IMG/VR virus record: IMGVR_UViG_3300005613_000015
Location: 37,675-101,674 of that record
DNA from: a virus
Direction: 5' to 3' (one strand)
Length of the DNA stretch: 64,000 nucleotides
Below are positions 10,338-19,027 of the stretch, piece after piece (position 1 is the stretch's first letter; the number at the start of each line of letters is the position of its first letter). The position numbers and the translations under genes were made by a program. The notes beneath the pieces were generated by a model. It was not told the origin of the DNA. It made no database searches and saw only the letters and a program-made list of their open reading frames with translations.

Positions 10338-13300
10338 TGAACCGTCTGTTTGAGTATTATGAGGTTTCTGGAGGGTCAGATGTTATTACTTCTGGCTATC
10401 CTGACGTATTTCATTTTGACCCAAGTACCTATTACAATTATACTACAGATAATTACTCTACAACAAGCCTTGAAGAGCGCTTTGATTATTTAGCGCAAGG
10501 GTTAGGGTTTCCCGGTACTTCTACATATTCAGGCATTACATACCTTATATCCTCGACAGCCACTCCCGATTCTGATTCTGGTATCTTTTCTAGCGTTCAA
10601 GATGCCGTCGATTTTCTACCTAGAATATTAGACTATCCTGTCAATATTGAAATTGCAGATTACGGTGCGTTAGGAGCGTTAAACCTTCAAGGGCTTCGCT
10701 GTGAAGGAGACGGTGCTATTCAAATTCATTGTCTTAACTATGCCTCCGATAACCAAGCAGTCGTCAGCGGTATCAGCGTGTATGGCGATATTAGCGCAGT
10801 AAGCTCCGTTAAATCTGATGTTATTCTTGATTCCCTTACAGGGATTACCGACTTCCGAACATCCACTTCGCTTTTTGATGCTACAAGCTGGAAGGATAAT
10901 GGCAGGGCATTTGGGCAAGTAAGTCCCGATTCGCAGCACGAAACGCAGGTATTATCATTTGCTTCACAAGCGTCAGCCACTCAGTACGCATTTAGTTCCG
11001 CCTCTAACGTGTTTATTGTTGAGCAATATACTCAATACTCGGCAACCTATGATAAGAGTCTGTCAATCGACGTAGACCCAGAGAATACTTCAGATAGTAC
11101 AAAACTTCTTACAAACAGACGGGCTCCCGAAACTAGCGGTATTGCAACTGCTGTACTTTATGGCGCTTATTTCTCTTCAATTAATATTCAGGACTGTAAC
11201 AAAGTTAAGTTAAAAGGGGTTTTAATTGATGGGGTTGGAACAGATACGTTTGCAACATACGACGCTTCTGTTGGGCTGTTATTACGTAATTCAAATGTAC
11301 TATTAGAAGATGTTGCCATAACACGATGCAGCGATTACGGTCTTAAATCTCTCAACAGTAAAATTAGCGTTACGAAATCATTTATCGTTAATCGTGTTTT
11401 TGAGAAATCTTCCGATACCGTTACAGAGGTATATGGAACAAGGGGATACGGCGTTTATCTTAAAAACTCAAATTTAATTTTCGATACGAGTTCAATAGAT
11501 TACTCAGGCCGTTATATCCGTATAATTACCGGAGGGTGTAGGTACGGTATTTATGCGGATAATTCCTACATTTTAGGAGGGTCACGTTCTACACAGACTG
11601 GACTCACTATTATTAAGAATGCAGGAGGCTCTGACACAAGAACTACCCACTTGCAGTCTAGCCGTAATTTGGTAGGATTTGAGCTTATTAATAGCTTCTT
11701 TGATTTCGAAGGTCGGCTTGATTCCTTTCTGAATATTCAAGGGTTTAATGCAGCAAACTCTCATATTTCTATTCCACAGTTTAGTATAGATGATAATGAA
11801 GAACATGGAATTAATTTAGACCATTCAGTTTTATACTACGGAAAGTATTCTGATTTCGTCTACGACAACGGGGGTGTGAGCAGTAATACATATGGAATCC
11901 CTTTCTTTCATAACGATTTTAATGGGATAAACCTCATCGCCCGAAATAATTCTGTTGTCGATGTTCACCCATCTGTTAAATCATATCCTAAAGTAGGTGC
12001 TTGGGGAGGCAATACCGCTCTAAGCGCTGGAGAGACCGAGGTATCTGCAAATAGTATAGGTAGAAACTTTGGTGTTCGCGTTGGGGGTGTAATGGAGCCT
12101 TCTATAATTATTGATAATAACTCTTCTGCAAAACTCACTAGATTAGGGTATACCGGAGATGTTGGCGATTATGTTCGCCGTGGCGCGTGTGCTTTGGTAA
12201 CAAAAAACTCTTCTTTACAGTTGTACGGGTTTGGAGAGCAAAGAACTGTCATAACCTCCAACGGTAGTTTTGCATCTGATGACGCAAAACGTAAGAAAGC
12301 TTGGTCCTCGACGGCATTTTTAGTTTCTGATAATTCTCGCCTTTCTTTTCACGGTCCTGTGAAAATTTCTAGGTATGGAGTGAACGCAGTATGTGATAAC
12401 GGCTCCGAAGTATATTTTGGTATTCCAGAAGACGAAGGGCGGGCTTCTATTGCAACCATAAAATATGGTTTAGAAACAAGTTCAAACCATACTCAAGCAG
12501 ACCTACATTCAGTTCGAGCATGTCTTGTTGCAAACGATAGCTCAAGAATTAGATTCTATGGAATGGGTGCATCAAGCCTAGATGACACTTCTATCCACAC
12601 TGAGGGAGATGTTCTCGATAAATATTCAAAAGGCGGGTATCTACAGTTCTACCCAAATGGATTTACTAGTGAACTTTCAACGGTTGTCGCGATTGCTCAA
12701 GGTACTGATATTGATAGATGGACGCGCACGACGAGTTTGGATGGAGGTAATTTAGAGCTGCACCCTTCTGGAAGTACGGGAGGTATGTGTGTTCGGGCGG
12801 CAAACAACAGTGATGTTATCGTAGATTCTGTCAACTTTAGATTCGGGATGGATGCTTCCAGCGTATCCGGAACTTTCTACAACTGGCACGGTACTGGCTC
12901 AGAGTTTATTGATAGTTTAGATTATTATTCTGAGCTATCGCAAACGACAGAAACTTGTTGGATTGCGAAGCTTTGTTGTGAGTGCGCCGCGCCCACTACT
13001 TCAACCACAACTACAACCACAACTACAACCACAACTACAACCACAACTACAACCACTACTTCAACCACTACTTCAACCACAACTACAACCACTACTTCAA
13101 CCACAACTACAACCACTACTTCAACCACTACTTCAACCACAACTACAACCACTACTTCAACCACTACTTCAACCACAACTACAACCACTACTTCAACCAC
13201 AACTACAACCACTACTTCAACCACTACTCCAAGCACCATCAGTACAGCCCCGCCGCCTAGCACTATTACTATTAACCCTCCTTTCGACCCTTGGGAAGAC

Positions 13301-14248
13301 CAACGTGCGGCTATTCCTGGAAATGCTTTTGATGGCGGTGGAGAGGCAATAGTCTTGAATGATGAGTTCACTTTTAGTTCTTTTGGAACAAAAATTCATA
13401 TATGGAATATTTGTGATACCTCTCGGATACGAGTTAGTAATGTACTATTAAACTCACAAGACCCTTTTAGAAACTCGGTAAATAACGACTATCACGGCCC
13501 GACAGGTCGATGGTATAATGGCGCAGCCTGTGATTATTACGGAAAATACGGATATGCCGCGCATAATAAGTATGAAGTACCTGGATTTCAAAACCAGGGT
13601 GTTTTCCGATTAATTGTTGGGGGTGACGGACATCTAAAAACTTTAGAGGAGGCTGAGTATATTGATTTTGATACGTACGGCACTTCTGTTAGTTCAGTTG
13701 CACAGCTTACTGCTGGGTATGGCTCTCCTTATGACCAAGTAAATGGTCAAGGATATCAAATGCCTTCTGATATTGCTTATACAGTAAGTGACCTTACCTA
13801 TGAAGCCTCTATCGGTGAAAATGATATTGTAGACACTACAGGGGGTCCTCAATGGGCAAACCAAGCTGTTACAGGCGTTGTCCACGCATACGGACGAGGA
13901 CTTGCAGGGTACTATACGCTTCCAGGGCAAAATAATGGAATGTGGACTGGGGCTATTATGTCCGAAGGAAATCTTCTTAGATTTCAACACGGACAACTCC
14001 ACCCTTCGTTTACACCGCCCCCACTGCGAATGAAGTGGTTTGGATTTTTGGATAATCACTTTGATGAATCCGCTGCATCACTATTTGCAAACGCACGACA
14101 CGCAGCAAATAAAAAGGTTAACTTAGTTTCAATTTATAAACCAGTAACATCTGTTGGGGGTGCTGGTCGAGATGTAAATATTGCTGGCGCGTCTTTCGGA
14201 GTAGGCGTTAGGTCCCTAGATATATTTGAACTTACTCAGTTAGTATAA
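10337..14248 (+). CDS. Tail spike/fibre with right-handed beta-helix and long Thr/Ser linker (paralog 2)
   Basis: 1303 aa. Shares blocks with 6618..10337 (CEGDGA.QI, HS.RACLVA, TGGMCVRA, HGPTGRWYNGAACDYYGKYGYAA, FANARH.ANKKVNL, FGVGVRSL). Contains a ~80 aa T/S tract. Confidence 0.7.
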   Translation: MNRLFEYYEVSGGSDVITSGYPDVFHFDPSTYYNYTTDNYSTTSLEERFDYLAQGLGFPGTSTYSGITYLISSTATPDSDSGIFSSVQDAVDFLPRILDYPVNIEIADYGALGALNLQGLRCEGDGAIQIHCLNYASDNQAVVSGISVYGDISAVSSVKSDVILDSLTGITDFRTSTSLFDATSWKDNGRAFGQVSPDSQHETQVLSFASQASATQYAFSSASNVFIVEQYTQYSATYDKSLSIDVDPENTSDSTKLLTNRRAPETSGIATAVLYGAYFSSINIQDCNKVKLKGVLIDGVGTDTFATYDASVGLLLRNSNVLLEDVAITRCSDYGLKSLNSKISVTKSFIVNRVFEKSSDTVTEVYGTRGYGVYLKNSNLIFDTSSIDYSGRYIRIITGGCRYGIYADNSYILGGSRSTQTGLTIIKNAGGSDTRTTHLQSSRNLVGFELINSFFDFEGRLDSFLNIQGFNAANSHISIPQFSIDDNEEHGINLDHSVLYYGKYSDFVYDNGGVSSNTYGIPFFHNDFNGINLIARNNSVVDVHPSVKSYPKVGAWGGNTALSAGETEVSANSIGRNFGVRVGGVMEPSIIIDNNSSAKLTRLGYTGDVGDYVRRGACALVTKNSSLQLYGFGEQRTVITSNGSFASDDAKRKKAWSSTAFLVSDNSRLSFHGPVKISRYGVNAVCDNGSEVYFGIPEDEGRASIATIKYGLETSSNHTQADLHSVRACLVANDSSRIRFYGMGASSLDDTSIHTEGDVLDKYSKGGYLQFYPNGFTSELSTVVAIAQGTDIDRWTRTTSLDGGNLELHPSGSTGGMCVRAANNSDVIVDSVNFRFGMDASSVSGTFYNWHGTGSEFIDSLDYYSELSQTTETCWIAKLCCECAAPTTSTTTTTTTTTTTTTTTTTTTSTTTSTTTTTTTSTTTTTTTSTTTSTTTTTTTSTTTSTTTTTTTSTTTTTTTSTTTPSTISTAPPPSTITINPPFDPWEDQRAAIPGNAFDGGGEAIVLNDEFTFSSFGTKIHIWNICDTSRIRVSNVLLNSQDPFRNSVNNDYHGPTGRWYNGAACDYYGKYGYAAHNKYEVPGFQNQGVFRLIVGGDGHLKTLEEAEYIDFDTYGTSVSSVAQLTAGYGSPYDQVNGQGYQMPSDIAYTVSDLTYEASIGENDIVDTTGGPQWANQAVTGVVHAYGRGLAGYYTLPGQNNGMWTGAIMSEGNLLRFQHGQLHPSFTPPPLRMKWFGFLDNHFDESAASLFANARHAANKKVNLVSIYKPVTSVGGAGRDVNIAGASFGVGVRSLDIFELTQLV
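12995..13234 (+). repeat. Two-unit 12-bp tandem array (A=ACTACTTCAACC, B=ACAACTACAACC)
   Basis: Unit order is A BBBB AAB AB AAB AAB AB A plus a variant ACTACTCCAAGC. Encodes TTST/TTTT. Confidence 0.95.
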
Positions 14249-15936
14249 TGACGAACATTAATAAGAACATACGGTTTTATCAACCAAACGACCCTTACTA
14301 TTATCAGGTCGATAATTTACCGTTGGTAGACTTACTCAATAACGATATCACACTAGAAAATAGGCTTTCAGAACTTGAGCAGTCTGTTAATGCGGTTATT
14401 ACTGGAGGGACTCAAGGAACAATTACTTTAGGTTCTATAAGCGATTTAAAAGCTTATGTGGAGCCTTTGGATGGAGACATTGATAACTTTGGACGTATTT
14501 ACGTTCGGCCAGGTAAGTTTAATTGTCGTATGCAGTTACCCGCAACCAGAGAAAGCGGTTGGCGAATGATGCGTGATGACGATAACTTTTTTAATAACAC
14601 AAACTTCAACGGTACTGGAGGTTTGATTTCTACTAACACCGAAGCGGATTTTGTTAGAGAAACGAAAGGTTTAGCACGTACAGCAATTGTTGAGTTCTAC
14701 CAAACATCTACAGGAACCGACAAATTTATTGAAGTTCCTAGTTTTGATGCTTCCGAATTTAATAGTGCATCACCTCCCGCAGAGCGCTTAGACCTTATTT
14801 ATATTAAGGGTTCTAAATCCCTAGACACTCGGTATGAATCCACAAATATCCCAGAGGCTTCTCTCGGTATTATTAGAGGCGCTTATTTCAGAACCGATGC
14901 TGCTGCGGGCTTGAAAGGTAACGGTCCTAGATTCGATAACCCTGTAGCTCGTCTATCGGGAAAAGTGACAGGAATGTCGAATGCTCAAATCCCAGCGGGA
15001 ACTAACCTGCCTAACTTTGGCTCGGTGCCGTTGCCTGACGACTTAGTAAATTTTGCCTGGCACAAAACTACGCTAGACACGCTTGATAGTACGTTGATGA
15101 ATCAGCAGGTAGAAACACAAGCTGCTTTCTGTCTGCCTGTAGCCTATGTTCGTGTACCCGCAGGGTATACCCAAGGACAGTCTATTGACCCTTCCAATGT
15201 AGTTGATATCCGTCCTTTCTTTCGTACAGCGGAGCTTACATATAATGAACGGGCTGCTATTGCGAGCGCGGTTAGGCCAAACGGTAGTAATCCGTTTGTT
15301 ACTCGAACTGCTCTCGATGCTGAGTTAGCTGCCTTAACAAACGGCTCAAGCGAGAATTCAAACCGAATTGAAATTTTAACAGGACAAGTGGAAGTTGTTC
15401 AGGTAGAGGTTAATGATATTAAAAACGACCTTTATGGGACTGGAACTTTAGAAACCCCCACTAGCAAAAATTTTGAAGGTCGGATTATAAACCTTGAGGC
15501 GGGGTCTACAGGCGGCGGAGGTTCGGGGGCAGGGCATAAAGTTCACATGTTTTCATTTCCTGTTGCGATTGCAGGAGGTTCAACAGCTATTTTCGGAACA
15601 AATTTTCCGGCTTATCATAGTATTGGGCCACTAGTTTTACCCTCTCACCAAAATAAAGTAGTTGCTGGATTATTTACAGTAAGGTCGGAGCCTTTAGCTG
15701 GTTTAGCACAATCTCTTGCGTTACGTATTGGAGCAACCTCTACAGATTTTCTAATATCCGAAGCTATAGCTATCCCAAACATGTCTTTCCAACCAAAACA
15801 CTACCACTCCTTTCAGTGTGCGGTGGATGAAGGTGGTTCAGGCTCTTCTTATTATGCTGTTTTCCGCACAACAACGGCAGGCGTAGACGGGCATGTGTTT
15901 ACATTGTGGTGTACTGGGTATATTTATGAAGGCTAA
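14248..15936 (+). CDS. Tail fibre-like structural protein
   Basis: 562 aa. N-term (PNDPYYYQVDNLPLVDL) resembles the N-termini of the two spikes. Has a VVDIRPFF motif, a coiled coil and a Gly linker before a C-terminal domain. Confidence 0.55.
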   Translation: MTNINKNIRFYQPNDPYYYQVDNLPLVDLLNNDITLENRLSELEQSVNAVITGGTQGTITLGSISDLKAYVEPLDGDIDNFGRIYVRPGKFNCRMQLPATRESGWRMMRDDDNFFNNTNFNGTGGLISTNTEADFVRETKGLARTAIVEFYQTSTGTDKFIEVPSFDASEFNSASPPAERLDLIYIKGSKSLDTRYESTNIPEASLGIIRGAYFRTDAAAGLKGNGPRFDNPVARLSGKVTGMSNAQIPAGTNLPNFGSVPLPDDLVNFAWHKTTLDTLDSTLMNQQVETQAAFCLPVAYVRVPAGYTQGQSIDPSNVVDIRPFFRTAELTYNERAAIASAVRPNGSNPFVTRTALDAELAALTNGSSENSNRIEILTGQVEVVQVEVNDIKNDLYGTGTLETPTSKNFEGRIINLEAGSTGGGGSGAGHKVHMFSFPVAIAGGSTAIFGTNFPAYHSIGPLVLPSHQNKVVAGLFTVRSEPLAGLAQSLALRIGATSTDFLISEAIAIPNMSFQPKHYHSFQCAVDEGGSGSSYYAVFRTTTAGVDGHVFTLWCTGYIYEG

Positions 15937-16372
15937 GTTTCTGCTACTTTCTTTTCTGCTTTTATCAAGCTGTTCATCTCTTAGAACTATAGGGTTCGCA
16001 GCGGGAGGCGCGGCTGGAGGAGCATTACTTGGTCCTGGGGGTGCTGCTGCTGGTGCTGCTGTTGGCGTGGCGGGGTCTGAACTTCTTGAAAAGGATAGCG
16101 TAGAAAAGGAACTTCAAGAAGCTAGAGCCACTGTTCCTAAATCAACAGGCGAATCTTTTATTGATAGCACTACTGATTTATTACATACCGTGGGTTGGTG
16201 GTATTTGATTATCTTTATCCTCATACCTCTACTTACAAAGAAAGGTAGGAGTTGGATTGCTAATTTAGCTACTCTTCATAATACAGCAACTAAAAAAGAC
16301 GTTGATGAATATTCTTCACGACTAAATAAACTAGAGGGAATGATTTCCTCGTTACAGGATATAAAAAAATGA
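15926..16372 (+). CDS. Lipoprotein with glycine zipper and transmembrane segment (candidate spanin/lysis protein)
   Basis: Likely start is ATG 15926, giving MKAKFLLLSFLLLSSC (lipobox). Followed by a GGAAGGALLGPGGAAAGAAVG zipper and the TM segment VGWWYLIIFILIPLL. Confidence 0.5.
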   Translation: MKAKFLLLSFLLLSSCSSLRTIGFAAGGAAGGALLGPGGAAAGAAVGVAGSELLEKDSVEKELQEARATVPKSTGESFIDSTTDLLHTVGWWYLIIFILIPLLTKKGRSWIANLATLHNTATKKDVDEYSSRLNKLEGMISSLQDIKK

Positions 16373-16908
16373 AGTACTTAAACAATGAGTCGCAGTTCAC
16401 TCGTATTTCTGATGACCATGCTCGCGCTATGATGGAGAGCCTTGGTTACACCATTCCCTCGCAAGAAGAACAAAAGCCTGAGCAGGTTCACGTTGATGTT
16501 TATGCTTTCGGGGACCACCGCTTTGCTCTTAGCGAAGAAGTTGTCGAAGCTACGGATGGGCACTACATTCGTCTTGATGAACTTGATGAGAACTTTACTG
16601 TTCAGCTTGACGAGAGCGGTGAAGAAATTCTTATCGAAGCTGTCATGTTCGATGACGGTGATTACATTCTAGAAGGCGTTTATGAGGACGAAGAAGGTAA
16701 TCTCTTTGCTCGAATGATTTCTGAGGCTGACCTTGTTGACGAAGACGAAGACGATACTGACGACGAAGAAGTTGACGAGGCGATGGATAAAGAAGAGATG
16801 ATGGCTAAGATGAAAGACAAGGCCAAAAAAACTAAGAAGAAAAAGTCTGCCGCTAAAAAGTCCGATATGGAAGACGAGTCCTGCGAGGACGAAGAAGAAA
16901 TGGAGTGA
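16369..16908 (+). CDS. Acidic head-associated/core protein
   Basis: D/E-rich, 179 aa. Lies after a late-type promoter and upstream of the prohead protease. Contains (L/I)xE sites. Confidence 0.4.
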   Translation: MKYLNNESQFTRISDDHARAMMESLGYTIPSQEEQKPEQVHVDVYAFGDHRFALSEEVVEATDGHYIRLDELDENFTVQLDESGEEILIEAVMFDDGDYILEGVYEDEEGNLFARMISEADLVDEDEDDTDDEEVDEAMDKEEMMAKMKDKAKKTKKKKSAAKKSDMEDESCEDEEEME

Positions 16909-16909
16909 A

Positions 16910-17752
16910 GTGATGGAAAAGAGTATCATGTCTTTAGCTGATGATATTCTTGGAGGCGCTCTTACTAGCCCTGCCAAGGCCAAATCAGCGGTTTCAAACC
17001 CTTACAACGAGCCTGAACTTCCTGAAGTTTTGGACGAGCAACGCGAGAGTATAATTATGGAATCTATAAACGAAAAACTTGGTCCTGAGCTTAAGAAGTT
17101 TGCAAAAAAAACTTCGCGAGACCATTACCCTGGTGATAAAGGTGTGGAGACTAGAATTGACCCGAGCGCAAGGAAGGCCAGCCTGTCTGCGAAGGCAAAG
17201 TCAAAGTTAAGTCGCCATGACGTACGCAAAACATCCAGAGATGATGAAGCAACTTCGTGGGCAGTTGACCGTAGAACGGATAGACAAAAAGCTAATTGGC
17301 AAGCTACCCGCGACAGTCAGAAGGCGCACCGTCAAGCTCGCGGTGTACAAACTCGCGGTGCCAAACCCTCCGCAACGGGTGTTGATAAAGAGGCTTTGCT
17401 GAAGAAGAAGCGTGAGGCTGAAGAAAAACGTAGGCGCTCTCAAGGTATTCAGGCACGTAAGCCTGGAATGGAAAACTCTAACCTTCAAATCTTACTTCAA
17501 GCCCGTGACATTCTTCGTGAAATGACTTCCGTAGGTGCTATCGGTACTGGCCCTCAAATGACAGCTTCCCGTGCATACAGCACTCATGGAGCGAACATGG
17601 GCAAAGATACAGTACCCGTAAAGCCCGTAGATAAGTCCATGCGCAAGGTTGAGAAGGGTAAGGCATCAAAGAAAAAAGCTAAGAAGGTAAAGAAGGAGTC
17701 CTTTGAGCTATTCTTAGACCGTATTCTTAATGAACACTTAGGAGACAAGTAA
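16910..17752 (+). CDS. Basic head-associated/internal protein
   Basis: K/R-rich, 280 aa. Coupled to the protease gene. IMES, INE and LNE are potential maturation cleavage sites. Confidence 0.4.
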   Translation: MMEKSIMSLADDILGGALTSPAKAKSAVSNPYNEPELPEVLDEQRESIIMESINEKLGPELKKFAKKTSRDHYPGDKGVETRIDPSARKASLSAKAKSKLSRHDVRKTSRDDEATSWAVDRRTDRQKANWQATRDSQKAHRQARGVQTRGAKPSATGVDKEALLKKKREAEEKRRRSQGIQARKPGMENSNLQILLQARDILREMTSVGAIGTGPQMTASRAYSTHGANMGKDTVPVKPVDKSMRKVEKGKASKKKAKKVKKESFELFLDRILNEHLGDK

Positions 17753-18360
17753 TGCTTATTCGAGATATCTTTTCTTTCGGTGAAGTTTCCCTGATTTCTG
17801 AAGGACGTTCTGGTGGACCTATTCGATTTAAAGGTATCTTCTCTGAAGCCGAACGTCCAAACGGTAATAAAAGGGTTTACAGTAAAAGACTTTTAGAGCG
17901 TGAAGTAAAGAAGCTTCAAGGCCAGATTAATGACCGTAGACTTCTTGGGGAGCTAGACCACCCTTCGGATGAAATTGTTCACCTTGGTAATGTATCCCAT
18001 GTTATTACGAATCTTTCTATACAAGGTAATCATGTTATGGGAGAGGGCGAGGTTCTTAACACTCCCGCTGGCAAAGTTCTTGCAGAGCTTCTTCGTGCTG
18101 GCGTAAAACTAGGAATCTCCTCTCGCGGTACAGGCTCAGTTGATTTAGATGAGTCAGGGGCACACTATGTCGTAGGAGAGAACTACAACATGATTACCTT
18201 TGATATGGTTTCTGAGCCCTCTAGCCAGGATGCCTTTCCTGCTCTTGCGGAGCACAAACAACTAAATGAAGTACGTGGGCCGATTATTGAGGAACTTCAA
18301 CACTTTCACAATGACCGGATTTATCTTACGGCGTTAAAGAGACGTTTAAGCAAACTTTAA
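17752..18360 (+). CDS. gp21: Prohead core protease (T4 gp21-like)
   Basis: Motifs N.NKRVY, LGELDHP, VSHVI, LNTPAG, GISSRGTGS and FDMVSEPS. Confidence 0.95.
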   Translation: MLIRDIFSFGEVSLISEGRSGGPIRFKGIFSEAERPNGNKRVYSKRLLEREVKKLQGQINDRRLLGELDHPSDEIVHLGNVSHVITNLSIQGNHVMGEGEVLNTPAGKVLAELLRAGVKLGISSRGTGSVDLDESGAHYVVGENYNMITFDMVSEPSSQDAFPALAEHKQLNEVRGPIIEELQHFHNDRIYLTALKRRLSKL

Positions 18361-18418
18361 AAATAAAACGCTTTTTCTTTCGCCGTATAATACATAATCA
18401 TAGCAACCGAAATTTATT

Positions 18419-19024
18419 ATGGAAACAAATCTCGATAAGTTAGTAGAAGCTCTTCCCAAAGGTCTTACCGAGGCTGGGATTGAAGAAGTGGCTTCTCTAA
18501 TTGATGAAGTCGTTGAAGAGCGCGTTGCAGACGAAGTTAAGATTATCGAAACTAAGGTTAAGGCTTTTCTTCGTACTAAGCTTGACGAGCTAAAAGAGTC
18601 CGCACGTGAGGAGCTTGCTGCTGAGGATAACTTGGTACGAGCCTTCAAAGCGTTTGAAGCGGTAAAGATGATTGTTGCTTCTGAACTTGATAGTGTTGAT
18701 TTTGATAACGCTATTTCTGTGCATGAAGCTGCAAACACTAAACTACAAGAACAGCTTGACGCTACTCGACAGCAACTCAACGAATCCCTTAAAACAGTTA
18801 ATCTCCTTGAATCCAAGCTGGACCACCAGGAGGTTGAACTTAGCCAACTCTCAGAGGCGCTAATTGACGAACGGGAAAAGGCTGAAATTCCCTTCAAGTC
18901 CTCAGAGTCGGCGGTCATGATAACCAATGAAAATCATGAAACCCAAGGTCTGCCCGATTCAGCCCGGGAGAATTACTTCCTGAATGAGGACGTTATTCGT
19001 TTGTCCCAAACTTATAGGAGCTAA
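18419..19024 (+). CDS. gp22: Prohead core scaffolding protein (gp22-like)
   Basis: Acidic coiled-coil protein lying between the protease and major capsid genes, as in T4-like synteny. Confidence 0.7.
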   Translation: METNLDKLVEALPKGLTEAGIEEVASLIDEVVEERVADEVKIIETKVKAFLRTKLDELKESAREELAAEDNLVRAFKAFEAVKMIVASELDSVDFDNAISVHEAANTKLQEQLDATRQQLNESLKTVNLLESKLDHQEVELSQLSEALIDEREKAEIPFKSSESAVMITNENHETQGLPDSARENYFLNEDVIRLSQTYRS

Positions 19025-19027
19025 AAA

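Noticed and set aside
12995-13234. Possible CRISPR array
   Set aside because: The units are contiguous 12-mers with no unique spacers, they are in-frame coding, and no cas genes are present.
12925-13371. Poly-Val (minus strand), (LQPQ)n and (HYFN/HNYN)n ORFs
   Set aside because: These are alternative-frame readings of the stop-free 12-bp Thr repeat inside the spike gene.
6618-14248. Diversity-generating retroelement template/variable repeat pair
   Set aside because: Similarity between the paralogs is at the protein level with synonymous divergence rather than adenine-specific differences, and there is no reverse transcriptase in the window.
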